A stretch of 64,000 nucleotides of DNA from Rotaria socialis (lineage: Eukaryota): positions 1 through 64,000 of the forward strand of contig CAJNYD010000375.1 in assembly GCA_905331295.1 (NCBI GenBank), read 5' to 3'. The notes under the pieces were generated by a model that was not told the origin of the DNA, did not search any database, and worked only from the letters and a program-made list of their open reading frames with translations. A program made the position numbers and the translations under genes. Shown in pieces: positions 12,334 through 25,727 of this stretch; position 1 is the first letter of the stretch, and each line of letters begins with the position of its first letter.

Positions 12334-12877
12334 TTTTTTAATACTTTGTTTTTCAAATCGAATGTATATTTTTTCATTATGAACACAAATCACAGCATAA
12401 TAAGTTTGAACTACAAAGTTCTTTTTTACTATTCAAACTTTTACTTTTATTCTTTATGATTTCGATTATATCAGATGAGAGATGATGAAAACGTTTTAGG
12501 TATCTCCTTACGAAAATAGATGATCTGAATTTAGAGTCAGATTTTTGAACAACTAGATGAATAGTACTATGCTAAATTTTCATAAATTCATCCTGAATAG
12601 TAAAGAAGAAATAATAATTCATAGTATGAAAAATTTTATATTATATTATCTAAAAATTTGATCACGGTAATGATTTTTTAAGAACTTTCCGAACGGGAAC
12701 AGTCAGGATGTAAACATTTTTAAAATAATGAAGCCACATATTTAATTAGGTATCTAAGCAAGATTGAGACGATTATAATAAAAGTTAAGAAGTCTGCTAA
12801 AAATATTAGCACAATATAATCATTTTTTTCAGGATGAGTGATGATGTGATTACAAAAACAATATTTGGTCTCATGTG

Positions 12878-13354
12878 TTATATTAAGAAATCAATATATC
12901 TCAGTTCTTTTGGTCCTGATGTAATTTCTTTATTTTAATAATTAAAAAATTGGAAATTGAATTTCTTACCTTTAAAGACACTTATAGCTGTTTTCTCGTC
13001 AATATTATACACGCCAAGCCCACTTAAATTAGGATAGTCAATTGTAAGAAGAATACGCTCCAGAGATAATGATTCAAGATTGAGCCACTTTATTTGATTA
13101 TGAATTTTAGGTAAAATTTCTAAACAAAATCGATCGAGTACTGTATCAGGTAATGGGCAAATTCTATTATTTGAGACAACTCGCAATAATGTTAGACAAC
13201 TAGTAAAAATTGAATCTCGTAGAATTTGGTTGAGACGCATATTGACACCCATTAAAAAATACAGTATTTGAACTTTGTGCAATTTTTTTAAAATTATCGT
13301 AAGTATCTCATCAGGCAAATCCATTAGTTGAACTAGTGATTGTGTCATGCTCAT
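12878..13354 (-). pseudogene. F-box domain protein (bdelloid-expanded type), truncated or probable pseudogene
   Basis: Exon 1 is typical: QLMDLPDEILTIILKKL...LDRFCLEILPKIHNQIKWLNLES. After the donor at 12969 the frame stops within about 16 codons and no further intact exons are visible. Confidence 0.65.
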
Positions 13355-13919
13355 ATATTCATATGTCAGTTATTTTTCGTTCATACGCGTTAAAAATTAG
13401 ATAAAAAGAATCATTTATTCAATTTTACCGCTGCTGGCGATGAGAATAATGGATTGTTTTGCCTCAGCATGTCGATAAAGAAGGAAAAAGTTCCTAGTTA
13501 CGTGAACCAATATCAAATTCACTACATGTGGCGCTCTTTTTTATTTTCCAATGAGCCAAATGTGAAATTAATAGTAATCAATCGGAAAAGTTATGTTTTG
13601 TGGAACTATATTTTTATTTTACTTTTTTAAAATCTTGATACCTAGAATTAATTGATTTAAGCTGGCCAATAAAAACACAGATGTACTTTAGCGGCTTATT
13701 ATCCGAAAAATCACAGTGAAGCCAAATTATTTGACTGCGTCCGAAAAATTATTCTTATTCAAGAAAAATTTATCTTCAAGAGAACCTTAGAAAAAATTTC
13801 ACCATATATATCGACACTAAGTGCATTAGCATGCTAGCGATTCAAGAATAAATCGAGGATTCATCATTGTTTATGGGTAGATTACCTGCAGTGTTTCTAA
13901 TAGGAGATCTGCCAAGCAG

Positions 13920-14562
13920 ACATAGGATCTTTGAGGTCAGGATTTGACTATTGTCTGTCGCGATTCTGCTAGATTACGTTCCCAATTGACACACGCAGTT
14001 TCCAAATACATCTTGAAAAGCTTTATCCGATGAAATAGTTTTGTTTTGAGAATGATCTTTCATTCAGCCTGAAAACCTGAATCACTGCAAAAAAACACGT
14101 GCAAAACGCAATAAACACTCGTAGAACTTGTCGCGATTCGCTCAGGATAACTGAAGAATTACGACCTCTATTTTTCTATCGTACGAATACCACACAGCAA
14201 ATTTATTTCTGTACAAATCTCTGAGTGCGCGGCTTGAAAGTAACGAATATCCCAATGTGCACGGATTGAGTTCTTGTTGAGCTGAGTTGAATTTCACAAA
14301 GTTGATCCAATCGGACTCCTACAGTCCACATTTTTCCAGGGAAGACTACTTGATTGACACATTTGTAGTTTCAAAATAAAATTCTACTCTCACGCTGTTT
14401 CTTAATTTGTCCAGCTATTGGGGGCGTGGAATCAAATGATAAATCTATGCAGCCGATAGAGCTCATCCAGTTCTATCTGGAACTGTGATGTTATATGTGG
14501 ACACTATTCCTGAACGAATCGCGACAGACAATAGTCGAATCCAGACCTAATATATCCTACGT
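13920..14562. mobile_element. Non-autonomous DNA transposon with terminal inverted repeats of about 45 bp
   Basis: Left acataggatctttgaggtcaggatttgactattgtctgtcgcgattc; right (reverse complement) acgtaggatatattaggtctggattcgactattgtctgtcgcgattc. An internal copy of tgtcgcgattcg lies near 14130. Confidence 0.75.
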
Positions 14563-17062
14563 TTAAAAATGCGCTTCTACTGTTTTGCCATGAGATAACT
14601 ATTTCCATAGTATCGGTGTTATTTTTCAGTTAATTTATTTTGTATGTTAATAAATGCATATCTCTATTTAAGATGTTTTGTTGATTTAAATGCATGATCA
14701 AATTCTTCTAAAAATGAGATAACCCGCTATTATATCAATACTTAGAATGCATATTTTTCTCGACACACACACACGGATAAATACTCACAAAGAGGAGAAT
14801 TTTTTAGCATTTATGTGTAAACTGGTTCAGATATTAATATATAAAAAAGCATACCGAAATATGGCTCTGAAGGAGACTTCGGGCATCGCAGTGGCAATCA
14901 AAGAATGTATTGATACTGATAGAAGTGCAAGGGAAATACTGAAAATATATGGAAGCATCAATATAATTCATCGTTATGTTAGAACAAGTTTAAAATTTAG
15001 AGATTTATGAATATTCATGATATTGTAAGCCATCGTATCATCGATAAATAAGCGTTGTTGGTTGATTTCGTAATTTATAGAAAGGGAAATTTAAAAATTG
15101 TCATAATTTATTATAATGGTTTCATGGATCAGAAACAAATTAAACATCACGATCTTGCAGGATCATGTATGATGTTGAAGTATGGTCTAATGCTAACATA
15201 AAAGAATCGGTATAATGATCATATCGTCTATAATAATCTACTAGAGAATATTCGATTTTGAATTGCGATTGGTACTCTTCAATACTGTTCATCATCACTG
15301 AGTGTAAGTTGGTGATTTGATAGAAGATTTTCTATACTGGTAAAGACTACATCTAACCCATTTCATATTCGATGTTTAATTAGATGTAGAAATATCAAAT
15401 AAAGAACGGTATGGGGTCCTGATATGATATCACATTTGATTCTCTAACTTAAAAGTAGTAAATACTTATTTCTTAATAAAATAACTTATCTTTATTTTTA
15501 TTTTTATTTTTATCCTTGTTATCAAAATTAAATAAAAGCGATCCTCGACAAAGAACCGCGTAAGAAAAGGAGAAACAAGCTCCTCTCCATTGTTTCGTTT
15601 CCATATGTCAAGGTACCAGTTATCCTACAGCTCTTTTTCGTCTATTTTTTTTCTTCTTCAAAAATTTCACTCATTTTTTTCAAGAAGATAACTGCAATGA
15701 TTGCATTCGCGTAAACACTATTGTTGGTAGTCAGTCTTATTATCATCATTTTGTTTTTTCTTTACCTTCTTCAATGCCGTGTTCTTCGTTCATGGTTAGT
15801 CTCTTAGTATGAACCGCATTTATTTATCTTCCACCGTAGTACATATATAAAATATAGGAATAGTAAATGGTATATAGATAAAGTTGAATTGACCTAGGTC
15901 GACAATTGTGGACTTTGTATGCGACTGTAAACGATCGTGTATACAGTCCTATTTCTTCGTATACGGTCGTTTGCTTACCAGCGAAAGGTGTCTTTTAACA
16001 AATGACCGAAAAAAGCGAAGAGATCTTTCAAAGACGGACATTTTCACAAAATAATCGTTTCTCAATTCTCAAAAAATCTCCATGCATATTCTGATATTAC
16101 TAGACAATAAAACGCCTACTACAGAGTATCCCATGAACCCACACTCATCACAGGTTTATCTTTAAAATCCAAGGTTGATATATTATAACGTCAGATTTTC
16201 TATCACTGTAATATTCATAAACAAAATACTCGACTAATAGGAAACTAATTGATCTGAGACAGAATTTATGAAGACATTAGTGCGTGTTTTTATCATATCT
16301 TTTCAATTTTGACACATTTAGGAAGACCATACACGAAGCACTGTAAGGGTTAAGTACTGTAGTCATATCTGTAGAATGCTGTGAAACAATGAGAAGGAAT
16401 GTTTCAGTTGCAACAAAGCTTTTCCTATATTTTTGTAGAGAATATGCAAAATAGTTCAATGTTTCAATGTAATATAATATTGCTCGATTGTGGCGCTCTT
16501 ATAAAAAAATATCTGTTGCAATTTGAAAATCTGTTCAAAATAAGATTTGTTTTGGTTTGAAATAAGTTAAAGGATTTTAAGGAGTTTTCATTCAGTTTTG
16601 TTTTCCTTTTTTCGATTGATCCATTTGAAACAAAGACTTTTAGTGTATTGAAAAATGTTTAAGTGTAAATAAGATATTCATGTGAGTATTTTTGCAACTC
16701 TTGGATCGTTTGCTTTTTCGCGAGTGAAAAGGTGACTTCTTCAACATTATGACATTATTGTTTTCTCTATTCTGCCAGAAAAATATGTTGACAAGGTTCT
16801 TTATGAGTTTTTCAACATATGACTATTTATTTTAAAAACAAAATTAGCTTTCTTGTTCTCCGTAAAATATATCGGAATTTTGTTTTGCTGCGCTCTTCCC
16901 TCCCTCTCGCCGTATTCGATTATCGAAAACAGGTGAACATATAAATGCAAAGAAAAACTCTCTTCTATTCTATTTGGCATCTTCTTTGTTGTAGTTTGTT
17001 ATGAAATATATATTTATATATTTGAAATGAAAATAGATAGGATTCCAACCTTATAGGCTAAT

Positions 17063-17338
17063 ATCTAGGCTGCTTGAGTATAAAACAACGAATAAATATT
17101 GGGGTTTAACTAATTATACAAAACCTGTGTATTTACGACCGTAAGTGATTTGAAATTTGATCCGTAAACAACCCCGGTAGTGTTCGTGCATGAACTTTAT
17201 ACCTCACTAAGTACGAAGCGGGTATATCCGACGTCATTACAGGCCGTATTTTGATCGTAAACAGCTGTTTTTACACTTTATTCACGTTGTTAACGCTCTT
17301 AAACGATGCCGTAACGTGTTTCATTTAGATGAGCTGGG
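17063..17338. mobile_element. Heavily degenerate MITE remnant rich in ACGRYCGT/CCGTA motifs
   Basis: The ends (tctaggctg ... gagctggg) resemble CCCAGGTCG/CGACCTGGG. Repeated acgaccgta, atccgta, gccgta and atcgta motifs. A similar remnant starts near 15893. Confidence 0.35.
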
Positions 17339-17771
17339 GAAGCAATGAAAAGTTTCCGTATTTTATGTTTTACTTGAGTTTGCAGCTTATTAAAAGTTCT
17401 ATTTTCGAATTCGAACTCTATAGGAGTAGCCTGTTTTCACAGATATTTTTCCTGTGAAGTAGACAATTGACTGAGAGAACTTTTGACGTTTGTCATTTTC
17501 TTTTTTTCAAAAGAAAGTTGGAAGTATCATGAAAAAGATATTCAACATATTTTTTGTCAATATCAACTATACGATTATGTGAGTGATCGTAATGAACAAT
17601 TTTTTGATGCTATTGAACAAATAAGAACCAATTTTCTTCTGAGCAGGTAAATCTTGGGAATTTATTAGCAAAAGAAAATATCAAGTATATAGAATGAATC
17701 GGTGAAAGAGCTATTTATACTTTTTATGTCAAATAATTTCACGATATTGAAAAATAAAAATATGTTATATA

Positions 17772-18059
17772 ACCAAGCCGATCAGTTCGGTCACCAGATA
17801 CTGTAGAAACCAAAAGAAAAGATACGCAATAATTGCCGTATCCTGTAGAAAGACACGAGAACATGGGAGTAGCATTCCAGTCGGACTCTTTCCAGATTTC
17901 TCTCGATTATTTCTAGTCGCTTCCTAATGGAAAGAAAAGGAATTGAATGCAATTCATCGGAAAAAAGTACGACAAATTTCTGGCCGAAACACAGCTTCCA
18001 TGTTTCGTCGATTTCAGATGTTTTCCTGTGAAAACCGGTCCGTACTTCTCGGCCTAGGA
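17772..18059. mobile_element. MITE of about 288 bp, CCCAGGTCG-ended family, oldest of 3 copies
   Basis: Colinear with 35278-35565 and 45884-46168 (ggtcaccagatactgtag, agcattccagtcgg, ggccgaaacacagcttcca, gatgttttcctg). Confidence 0.75.
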
Positions 18060-18523
18060 TATGATATCGAAGCGTCTGACTTGAGAAGTAGAGATCAACT
18101 CTGTTGATGTTCTCCTGAATTCGTTGTTACATAATATGTTTCTCTCCGACCTGATGAGTGATAACACTGTATTATATAATAAAGAATTTCCCAAGTTAAT
18201 TTATAACAATTATTTTCATATTGATTTGACTCTGCTATTTTGTATTATACTTGACGTTAATGTCTAGTTTTTTCGAGTTTTCGGTTCTAATTTAATTTAA
18301 ATAGTTGAAGGTATTAATCAGTTGTTGTTTTTGGAATACTTACAAGTGATATAAAAAAAACACGTAATATGGCACAATTTATGTTAGAAGCTCAAATAAA
18401 ACGATGTTATCTACATTTATTTTGTGAATCTTTTTTCAGAATTTTTATATTCATCGTAACACTGATATTTCATGTAAACATCAGTCTCATTCAATATTAT
18501 AGTGATTCATAAAAAGTTGTATA

Positions 18524-21517
18524 ATGTTACCGATTCATTCAATTATCGTGGCAAGCATTTTCATTTCAATTATTTCTTGCCAAACAATTTATGAATTGTT
18601 AGATTCATTTAGATTCTTAAATGAAGGTACAATATCAAGTTCTGATATTTATGAATATCAATATGAATTTTCAGCCTATACAGAACCAGAAAATGTAACA
18701 CGAGAAAATTTTGCATGGGTAGAAGAATCTGTCCGACCGTATTTATATCAAACCGATCCAACAGAACCCTTACAATGTAATTCAAATCCATTGTTATCAG
18801 GTACTGATTTACCCGGTGCTGATTTTCTATCAATAATACCATCGTCAGCTGATGCATCTCATTGTGTTACATTATGCTGTACATATATTTCATGTGTTGC
18901 ATGGTCTTATGCGTCTTTAGCACCATCAGATTTTAATGGCTGTAAAAAACAACAGCCATGCTGCTATTTAAAAACATATATACCAGCTTCTTCACATGAT
19001 CCAAATATTATTTCTGCAATCATGAATCGCACATATCCATACAATCATCCTCCAACTGGGCTACGATCAGCTGTACCATTAGGTGGCATAACAACAGGTT
19101 CGATCGAATTACGTGGTGATGGAACATTTCATGAATGGACAGTTGAAAATCAATCGCCAGCTGCTGGAGCTAAATTTGGTGTTGTTGATGATGCATTATT
19201 AGCGATTAGATTAAAAAATTTAGAATCAAATGAAACTCATACTCGGTTAATACGTACACATCCAAATCATTATTTTAAAGGTATAGATACCATAAAATAT
19301 CATGGATCATATCCTGTCAGTAAATTAGAGTTGATCGATAGTACATTAATAGCTAATATGGATCTATATGCATATTCAACACTTAAAGTAGGTGATTTAA
19401 ATCGTTCAATGACACCAGCTATTATTTTTTCATTAAATATTGAAAACCCAAATGATTATTCTATTTCTGTTGATTTTATGTTTAATGTACCATTATCGGT
19501 TCAAATCGATCAAACAAGACTTTCTAAAAATGTAATACGACAAATAACTACTAATACATATGCTGAATGTTTATCATTTTGTGATCAAAATAACTTGTGT
19601 GCTTCTTGGAACTGGTTCATAACTGACAATCAAAATACATGTTTATTATATAGTGATATTGGAAATAATGTTTATCTAAATGGTCATGTCAGTGGTGTAC
19701 GTGGGCAATGGACATATAATCAAACTGGTCCATTAGTATTAAATCGTCCAGGAAAAATGACTGCTAATGGTCAATATCTATTATGGCCAATGCTATCATC
19801 GGATCAAACAATGACAGCAACTATTGATAATGATATTAATAATTTACTAAGTAATTTTTCAACAAATGGTGGATGGTTTCAACAAACCGAAATAGAAGGA
19901 TCTGCTGCTGCAAATGGTGCTGTTTCTATTTCAACAAAATTGCAACCAGGTGAAAAAAAGACTGCATCAATACTATTTGCTTGGTATTTTCCACATCATT
20001 ATTGGCTAGATTTACCATTAGATAATTATTACTCTTTATTGTTTAATAATGTAACAGATGTTGGAAAATCCCTAGGAATAGATAAAACCGATGGTCAATT
20101 GAAAATAATTGTAAAAGATATATTAACATTACATAATATTTATTTCAATTCTAGTTTACCGGATTATTTAGTTGATTCATTAATAAATAGTGTTTCTCAT
20201 ATGCGTAGTGCGATGTATTTTTCTAATGGCGACTGGCGACAATGGGAAGCATACGATTGTAATGATGTTGATAGTGTACATAATGATCATCAACGTCACA
20301 TACCGTATATTTTATATTTTCCTGAAACCGAAAAAATTAAAATGTATACATGGGCAAAATATCAACAAGCCGATGGTATGATACAAGAAACATTTTCAGT
20401 TGGTTGTATGGGTGATACAGCTCCATATGATCAACATGGTGGAAGAAATATGGGAGATGTGACAACAATATTTATATTAGAAACATTAGAATTATATCGT
20501 TGGACAAATGATTTTACTTTTCTAAAAGATATGTATCCGCATGTAGTAGCAGGTATACAATGGCAATTAAGTGTGTCAACTCAATTAGGTTTACCAGAAC
20601 ATTTAGAATGTACTTATGATATACCAAATATGAGTCAATATCCAACAACAACATTTAATTCATTCATGCATTTAGCTGCATTACGTGCATGTATGGAATT
20701 ATCTTATATTATGAATGATACAGTAACATATGGGAAATGTTCTAAATCGTTTATTATTGCTATTAAACAAATCAATCAATTATTATGGTACAATGATAGT
20801 ATAGATACAGGTTATTTCTTAGCTTATACAGGTGGGCAAGGTGAAAAAGCGATATTTACAGATGCATTGTATGGTCAAGTATTAGCATTTACATATGGAT
20901 TAGGTCCTTTATATAATATATCAATAATGAAAAAACATCTAGAAAGTGAAGTAAGATTAGCAGATACACCATATGGATTACGTATGTTAACTGGACGAGA
21001 ACCATTAACAAATCCACAAGATAATTCTATATGGATGGGTGCATCACAAGATTGGTCTGTGTTAAATTTATGGTTTAATATGGATTTCAATAGTGCATTA
21101 ATACAATCGGAAAAGGGTTTAAATAATGTAAGAATAACATTAAATGATCAATGGAATATACATGGTCTGTATGCAGCTGATGGTTATGGCATTGGAGGAA
21201 AACCGTGGATAACATCCCATTATGGTTTTCATATGGTCTTATGGCATTTACCATTTGCAATTACAGGTCAATATACGGATTTATCGAGAGGTATATTATT
21301 ATTTTCACCGAAATTGCGACCACCTTTTATTTTACCTGCACTTATTCCCAATACCTTGGGATCAATAAGTGCAACTCCGCTACTAAATGGTCAATCATCT
21401 TATACATTTTCATTAACAATTGGAAGTTTATCCTTAAATATACTTGCTATTAATAATGTGAAACATCCAGGAAGTGTTAATTTAACAGCTGGTCAATCGG
21501 TACAATGGATCGGATAA
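18524..21517 (+). CDS. Secreted glycoside hydrolase family 116 (GBA2/beta-glucosidase-like) with two PAN/apple domains; intronless, 997 aa
   Basis: Signal peptide [21 protein letters not shown]116 N-terminal motif [19 protein letters not shown] and FAWYFP. Catalytic-region motifs WRQWEAYD (candidate nucleophile E) and LECTYD (candidate acid/base D, compare GBA2 DQTYD), plus DALYGQ. PAN-like C-x3-C-x5-C-x-[AS]W...C-x-L modules near aa 85-150 and aa 340-380. Confidence 0.88.
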   Translation: MLPIHSIIVASIFISIISCQTIYELLDSFRFLNEGTISSSDIYEYQYEFSAYTEPENVTRENFAWVEESVRPYLYQTDPTEPLQCNSNPLLSGTDLPGADFLSIIPSSADASHCVTLCCTYISCVAWSYASLAPSDFNGCKKQQPCCYLKTYIPASSHDPNIISAIMNRTYPYNHPPTGLRSAVPLGGITTGSIELRGDGTFHEWTVENQSPAAGAKFGVVDDALLAIRLKNLESNETHTRLIRTHPNHYFKGIDTIKYHGSYPVSKLELIDSTLIANMDLYAYSTLKVGDLNRSMTPAIIFSLNIENPNDYSISVDFMFNVPLSVQIDQTRLSKNVIRQITTNTYAECLSFCDQNNLCASWNWFITDNQNTCLLYSDIGNNVYLNGHVSGVRGQWTYNQTGPLVLNRPGKMTANGQYLLWPMLSSDQTMTATIDNDINNLLSNFSTNGGWFQQTEIEGSAAANGAVSISTKLQPGEKKTASILFAWYFPHHYWLDLPLDNYYSLLFNNVTDVGKSLGIDKTDGQLKIIVKDILTLHNIYFNSSLPDYLVDSLINSVSHMRSAMYFSNGDWRQWEAYDCNDVDSVHNDHQRHIPYILYFPETEKIKMYTWAKYQQADGMIQETFSVGCMGDTAPYDQHGGRNMGDVTTIFILETLELYRWTNDFTFLKDMYPHVVAGIQWQLSVSTQLGLPEHLECTYDIPNMSQYPTTTFNSFMHLAALRACMELSYIMNDTVTYGKCSKSFIIAIKQINQLLWYNDSIDTGYFLAYTGGQGEKAIFTDALYGQVLAFTYGLGPLYNISIMKKHLESEVRLADTPYGLRMLTGREPLTNPQDNSIWMGASQDWSVLNLWFNMDFNSALIQSEKGLNNVRITLNDQWNIHGLYAADGYGIGGKPWITSHYGFHMVLWHLPFAITGQYTDLSRGILLFSPKLRPPFILPALIPNTLGSISATPLLNGQSSYTFSLTIGSLSLNILAINNVKHPGSVNLTAGQSVQWIG

Positions 21518-22237
21518 TATATTAATCATGATCGGCATTCATTATGACTAGAATTCTAGAAAAAATGTTCTCCTTTCTACTCTTAAGCGACTTTCTAAAT
21601 TTGTATTAAGCAGTCTATTGTTTCCTTTATGTTGACTATAGTAATATAAAATTGAACGTTGAAAAGATAGAAATGTAACACATATGGATTATTTATTAAG
21701 AATTTGTCGTTTAATAAAAAATAAGTTAACAGAACATTTTGTCAATTTTTTTTGTACTTAGTTAAATATTTCCGATCAAAAGAAATGTATTTTTTGATGT
21801 AATCAATATTTTAGTTAGTGTACAATATTGAAAAGACATTAAATAGAACAATCACTAAAATTATAATTTTTTTCTGACGTAACATTCACAGATGATAAAT
21901 TTAACTTAACAAACGTATGAAGTTATGGTATAAAATAATTTGAATCAAAAAGAAAATATTGAACTTGCTAGCATCATTCAAATAAAACAAGAAACAAATC
22001 GTAAAAAAGGTTGTTAAAATTAATTTTTTCATTTCAAACAATAATATACTTTCTTTCCCGAAGTATAAAAATGTCGATAAAAAATAGGACGAGAATACAG
22101 TATATATAACTCTAGTATTAAACTAAGAAAACTAAAATAATTCATAGAAATAAAACAATCTAGTCTAATCCAAATCATTGATGACAGAAATTATTATTAT
22201 CATCCCAATTTGGTAATAGGACAATAGATGTTATTGC

Positions 22238-24093
22238 CTCACAAGGGAAGGTCCCTGTGTGTTTCTCTGGGATTTCAATCAAACCTATGTGGGTTTGTGA
22301 AGTCAAGTGCTGTTATCTCAAATATAGTAAAATTAGCAGTTGACATTAATCCGTTGAAAAATTTGGAATAAAAACATTTTTAGTTTAGAACTCTGAGGAG
22401 GACCACAGATGGATTTTTTACACTAAACAAAGTTCACAAAAAAAAATAAAAATTCTGGTATGTCACCTTAGTTTTTAATGCTGATTCCAAATATGTTATT
22501 GGTTTTCACTCATGGTGTATTTGTGTCACCGAAAGTTGCGAATTATATGTTAAAAAAGTAGAAAATGATATCTTAACATTAATATTTCGCGAAGTCTATA
22601 AATCGCGAATCTTTTAGGAATTTAAAAATGCATGACTTTATAACATTTCAAAAGCTCTATCGACTGATATACGGAGAACTTCATGGATCGAATGATTTGG
22701 CCCTCTATCGACCATCAAACCACTGGTAGAACAGAACTTTCATTTCGGTTACCATTACCACCGATCGACAATCAAATGATAGATAAGAGACATGAATAAA
22801 CTGTTGTTGTTAAACTTGTGTTAAAATGAATCTATCTAGAATTCTATACTTCATTCAATCAAAGTAGCACGAAATCAATATGACATGATTGTGAAAAGGT
22901 ATCAGCAAACTATCTCGTAGTTTTCACCATTGTCAGTTTAGAATGTTGTTAATATCTATGATATTTCTGAAAACATGATTACTCTCTTGAATTGTTTAAT
23001 GTGAGTTCGTGGAAGAGAATAGGAAAGCCTTCTATCTACAACGTTTACACTATTAGCAGAAAATCCTAAGAAAGCTTATAACAATAATCTGTGATTTGTT
23101 ACTAGTCGTCTGGATATATGAATAGAACCGCGTGACAAAAACACAAAAAAAAGTCAACTCGCCCGCAAGACTAAAGATATGCACATTTTGATTGTGTTAA
23201 ATACATGTATTTCTATAAACAAACCGGCATCCTTTCTTTCTTTCTTTCTTTCTTTCTTTAATCATCTATTTTGTCACTGTCACCCATGCAAATATCTCCA
23301 CTTTATCAAATAGAAAATGCGTATACCTCAGAAAATATCTTATTATTGACATTCTCTTACTTTCTACGACGCGTCTTCATTACTCTTTCTTTAGCATCCA
23401 CAAGGTTTTCTAGTAGCCGATATGGATTGAGTGATTTCAGAATCGAATCTTACACTGCGCACATCAACACTATGCATCATTTCATAGCACATTGAATTCT
23501 ACATAGATTCATTTTAACATGAGCTTATCGAGAAAAATGTATTTATATCTTTTATTTGCTATTTTATTGCCAATCGGCGATAAGCTATATGAAAATTCTG
23601 CTCTACCAGTGGTTTGATGGTCGATAGAGGACCAAATCATTCGGTTCACGTAATTCTTCGTATATCAGTCGATAGAGCTTTTGAAATGTTATAAAGTCAT
23701 GCATTTTTAAATTCCTAAAAGATTCGCGATTTATAGACTTCGCGAAATATTAATGTTAAGATATCATTTTCTACTTTTTTAACATATAATTCGCAACTTT
23801 CGGTGACACAAATACACCATGAGTGAAAACCAATAACATATTTGGAATCAGCATTAAAAACTAAGGTGACATACCAGAATTATTATTTTTTTTGTGAACT
23901 TTGTTTAGTGTAAAAAATTCATCTGTGATCCTCCTCAGGGTTCTAAACTAAAAATGTTTTTATTCCAAATTTTTCTACGGATTAATCTCAACCGCTAATT
24001 TTACTATATTTGAGACATCAACACTTGACTTCACAAATCCACATAGGTTTGATTGAAATTTCAGAGAAACACACAGGGACCTTCTCTTGTGAG
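22238..24093. mobile_element. Foldback/non-autonomous DNA transposon of about 1.86 kb with inverted arms of about 500 bp
   Basis: 22238-22743 is the reverse complement of about 23589-24093 (ends ctcacaagggaagg / ccttctcttgtgag). A degenerate inner match continues at 22819-22844 versus 23494-23519. No transposase ORF. Confidence 0.92.
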
Positions 24094-24606
24094 AGAATTT
24101 ACTAAAATGTTTTTCAATCTCCTTAATAAAAGATGAGAAACTAATTAAAATTAAAAAATTCTTTTTCTTAAATAAGAAATAATAATATAGTTCTACTCTC
24201 CAATCTAATATATTCTTTGTTTGATAATTAATGGAAGCTATATGCTTCTTTATGATATCATAATTCAAAAAAGAAATAATGTTTTAGACATATTATTTTT
24301 CATGTTTGCTAATTTTTATAAAACAAACCACATAAAACGATTAGTTATCGTTAACACTCGCACGATTTGTTTTTTAAATCTTTAATTTATTTTCTTCTCA
24401 GAGAAATAAGCATCTTCTTTATGAAACACATTCCAAATTTTTCTTAGACACTTAAATAAATTATTGTCTGGCGTCTTCTTTTTTTGTTCTAATTGATACT
24501 AATGATGGGTATGATCGTATGAAAGTGTTGGAATATTTATTCTTCATTTCCTAAATAATCATAGGAGAGAAGCACACACGACGATAATATTAATCAAACT
24601 CTAGAT

Positions 24607-25727
24607 TCAACTGAAATATAAAGGTCTGCTGATGTTCTGTTCAATCAATAATGCAGTCATCATGACCCAAAAGATCATCATCATCATCAGTAAAAATAAT
24701 TTATGAGAATGAAATATCCAGTAAGACACCATGGGAAATGAAAGTATGGCGAACTTGTCGCAACATATATTTCTTTCATGATTGGGTGCTATCACCAAAC
24801 GATTAGGAAGTATACTAAAAACGGAATATTATTCTCCTCCCATTTATTTTTATCATTTCTGCATGAATAATCAATTTCTCTTATTTTCGATGAAATATTA
24901 GTTTTTTTTCATATAAAATTTTGGATTAAAAACACGCAGGAATCTCTAATTTTGAAAGCGCAAAAAGGTTACTATGCTTTGTTTCTTTTTTATATTTATA
25001 TTGCGGATCGAGATAATGGAATAGAAGTAATTGAATACTAATTGTGCGAAGCATATCGGAATGAAACTACAACATTCTTTATTTTTTTCTCTCTCACACA
25101 CACATACACATATAAATATAAAGACCAAGAACGAACGAGTACAACACGTAATATGAGAAAAATAGAAAGTACTATTTGCATGGCTCACTGGGCAACAGTT
25201 CCATGTTCGAGTAATACTTCGTGTCCATCGTTTGTAAGATGTGCTGTCGAGTTCGGATCATCAGCCAATTTGATTAGATCGACTATTTCACCTTTTTCAT
25301 AGGGTATTTCCAAAAAACTATCACTTTGTTTTAATGATGGTGATCGAACTGGTGATGTCTCTTTGCCGAAGATACTTGGAGAAGACGTACGAATTGATGA
25401 AGTTTCGTCGGGATCCGATGCTGATAATTGTTGCGATAGATGATTGGAAAAATCAGTTACGGGTGTATTCAAAATGATTGACGAAGGATCAGCATCAATT
25501 GAAAAACGTTTGGCAATCGGATGAACAGGATGATGACGATCAAAACTTGACTGAGTCGAAAGAATTTTTGTTAATTTTTTTGTTGTTGTGTCACTTGCAG
25601 ACGAATTATCAGTAGACGAAAATACTGAATCAGTTGGAGATGGATCAGAATGATTTGTATCACTGGTCAACTTTTCTTCAGGAAAGATCAAAGTTGGTGC
25701 TGCAGAGGAAGAGGAAGAAGACGCCAT
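24607..25727 (-). CDS. Uncharacterised Ser/Thr-rich protein; main exon 25189-25727, candidate last exon about 24607-24814 with a hydrophobic C-terminus; upstream 5' UTR exon ending near 25975
   Basis: 180-codon ORF with a tttgtag acceptor upstream and a CA|gtgagc donor. An in-frame downstream exon reads ILPNRLVIAP...LFLLMMMMIFWVMMTALLI. No recognisable domain. Confidence 0.55.

Noticed and set aside
13693..13701. GGCTTATTA, resembling the start of the rotifer spliced-leader exon as I recall it
   Set aside because: Only 9 nt match. There is no continuation, donor site or Sm site.
14747..15400. Possible decayed transposase-like coding remnant (ORF 14747-15010 and downstream)
   Set aside because: Multiple stops and no DDE or other motif I can recognise with confidence.
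17510..17570. Short similarity (tttgtcaatatcaactat, aaagttg) to 47685-47812
   Set aside because: Too short and AT-rich to define a repeat family by eye.
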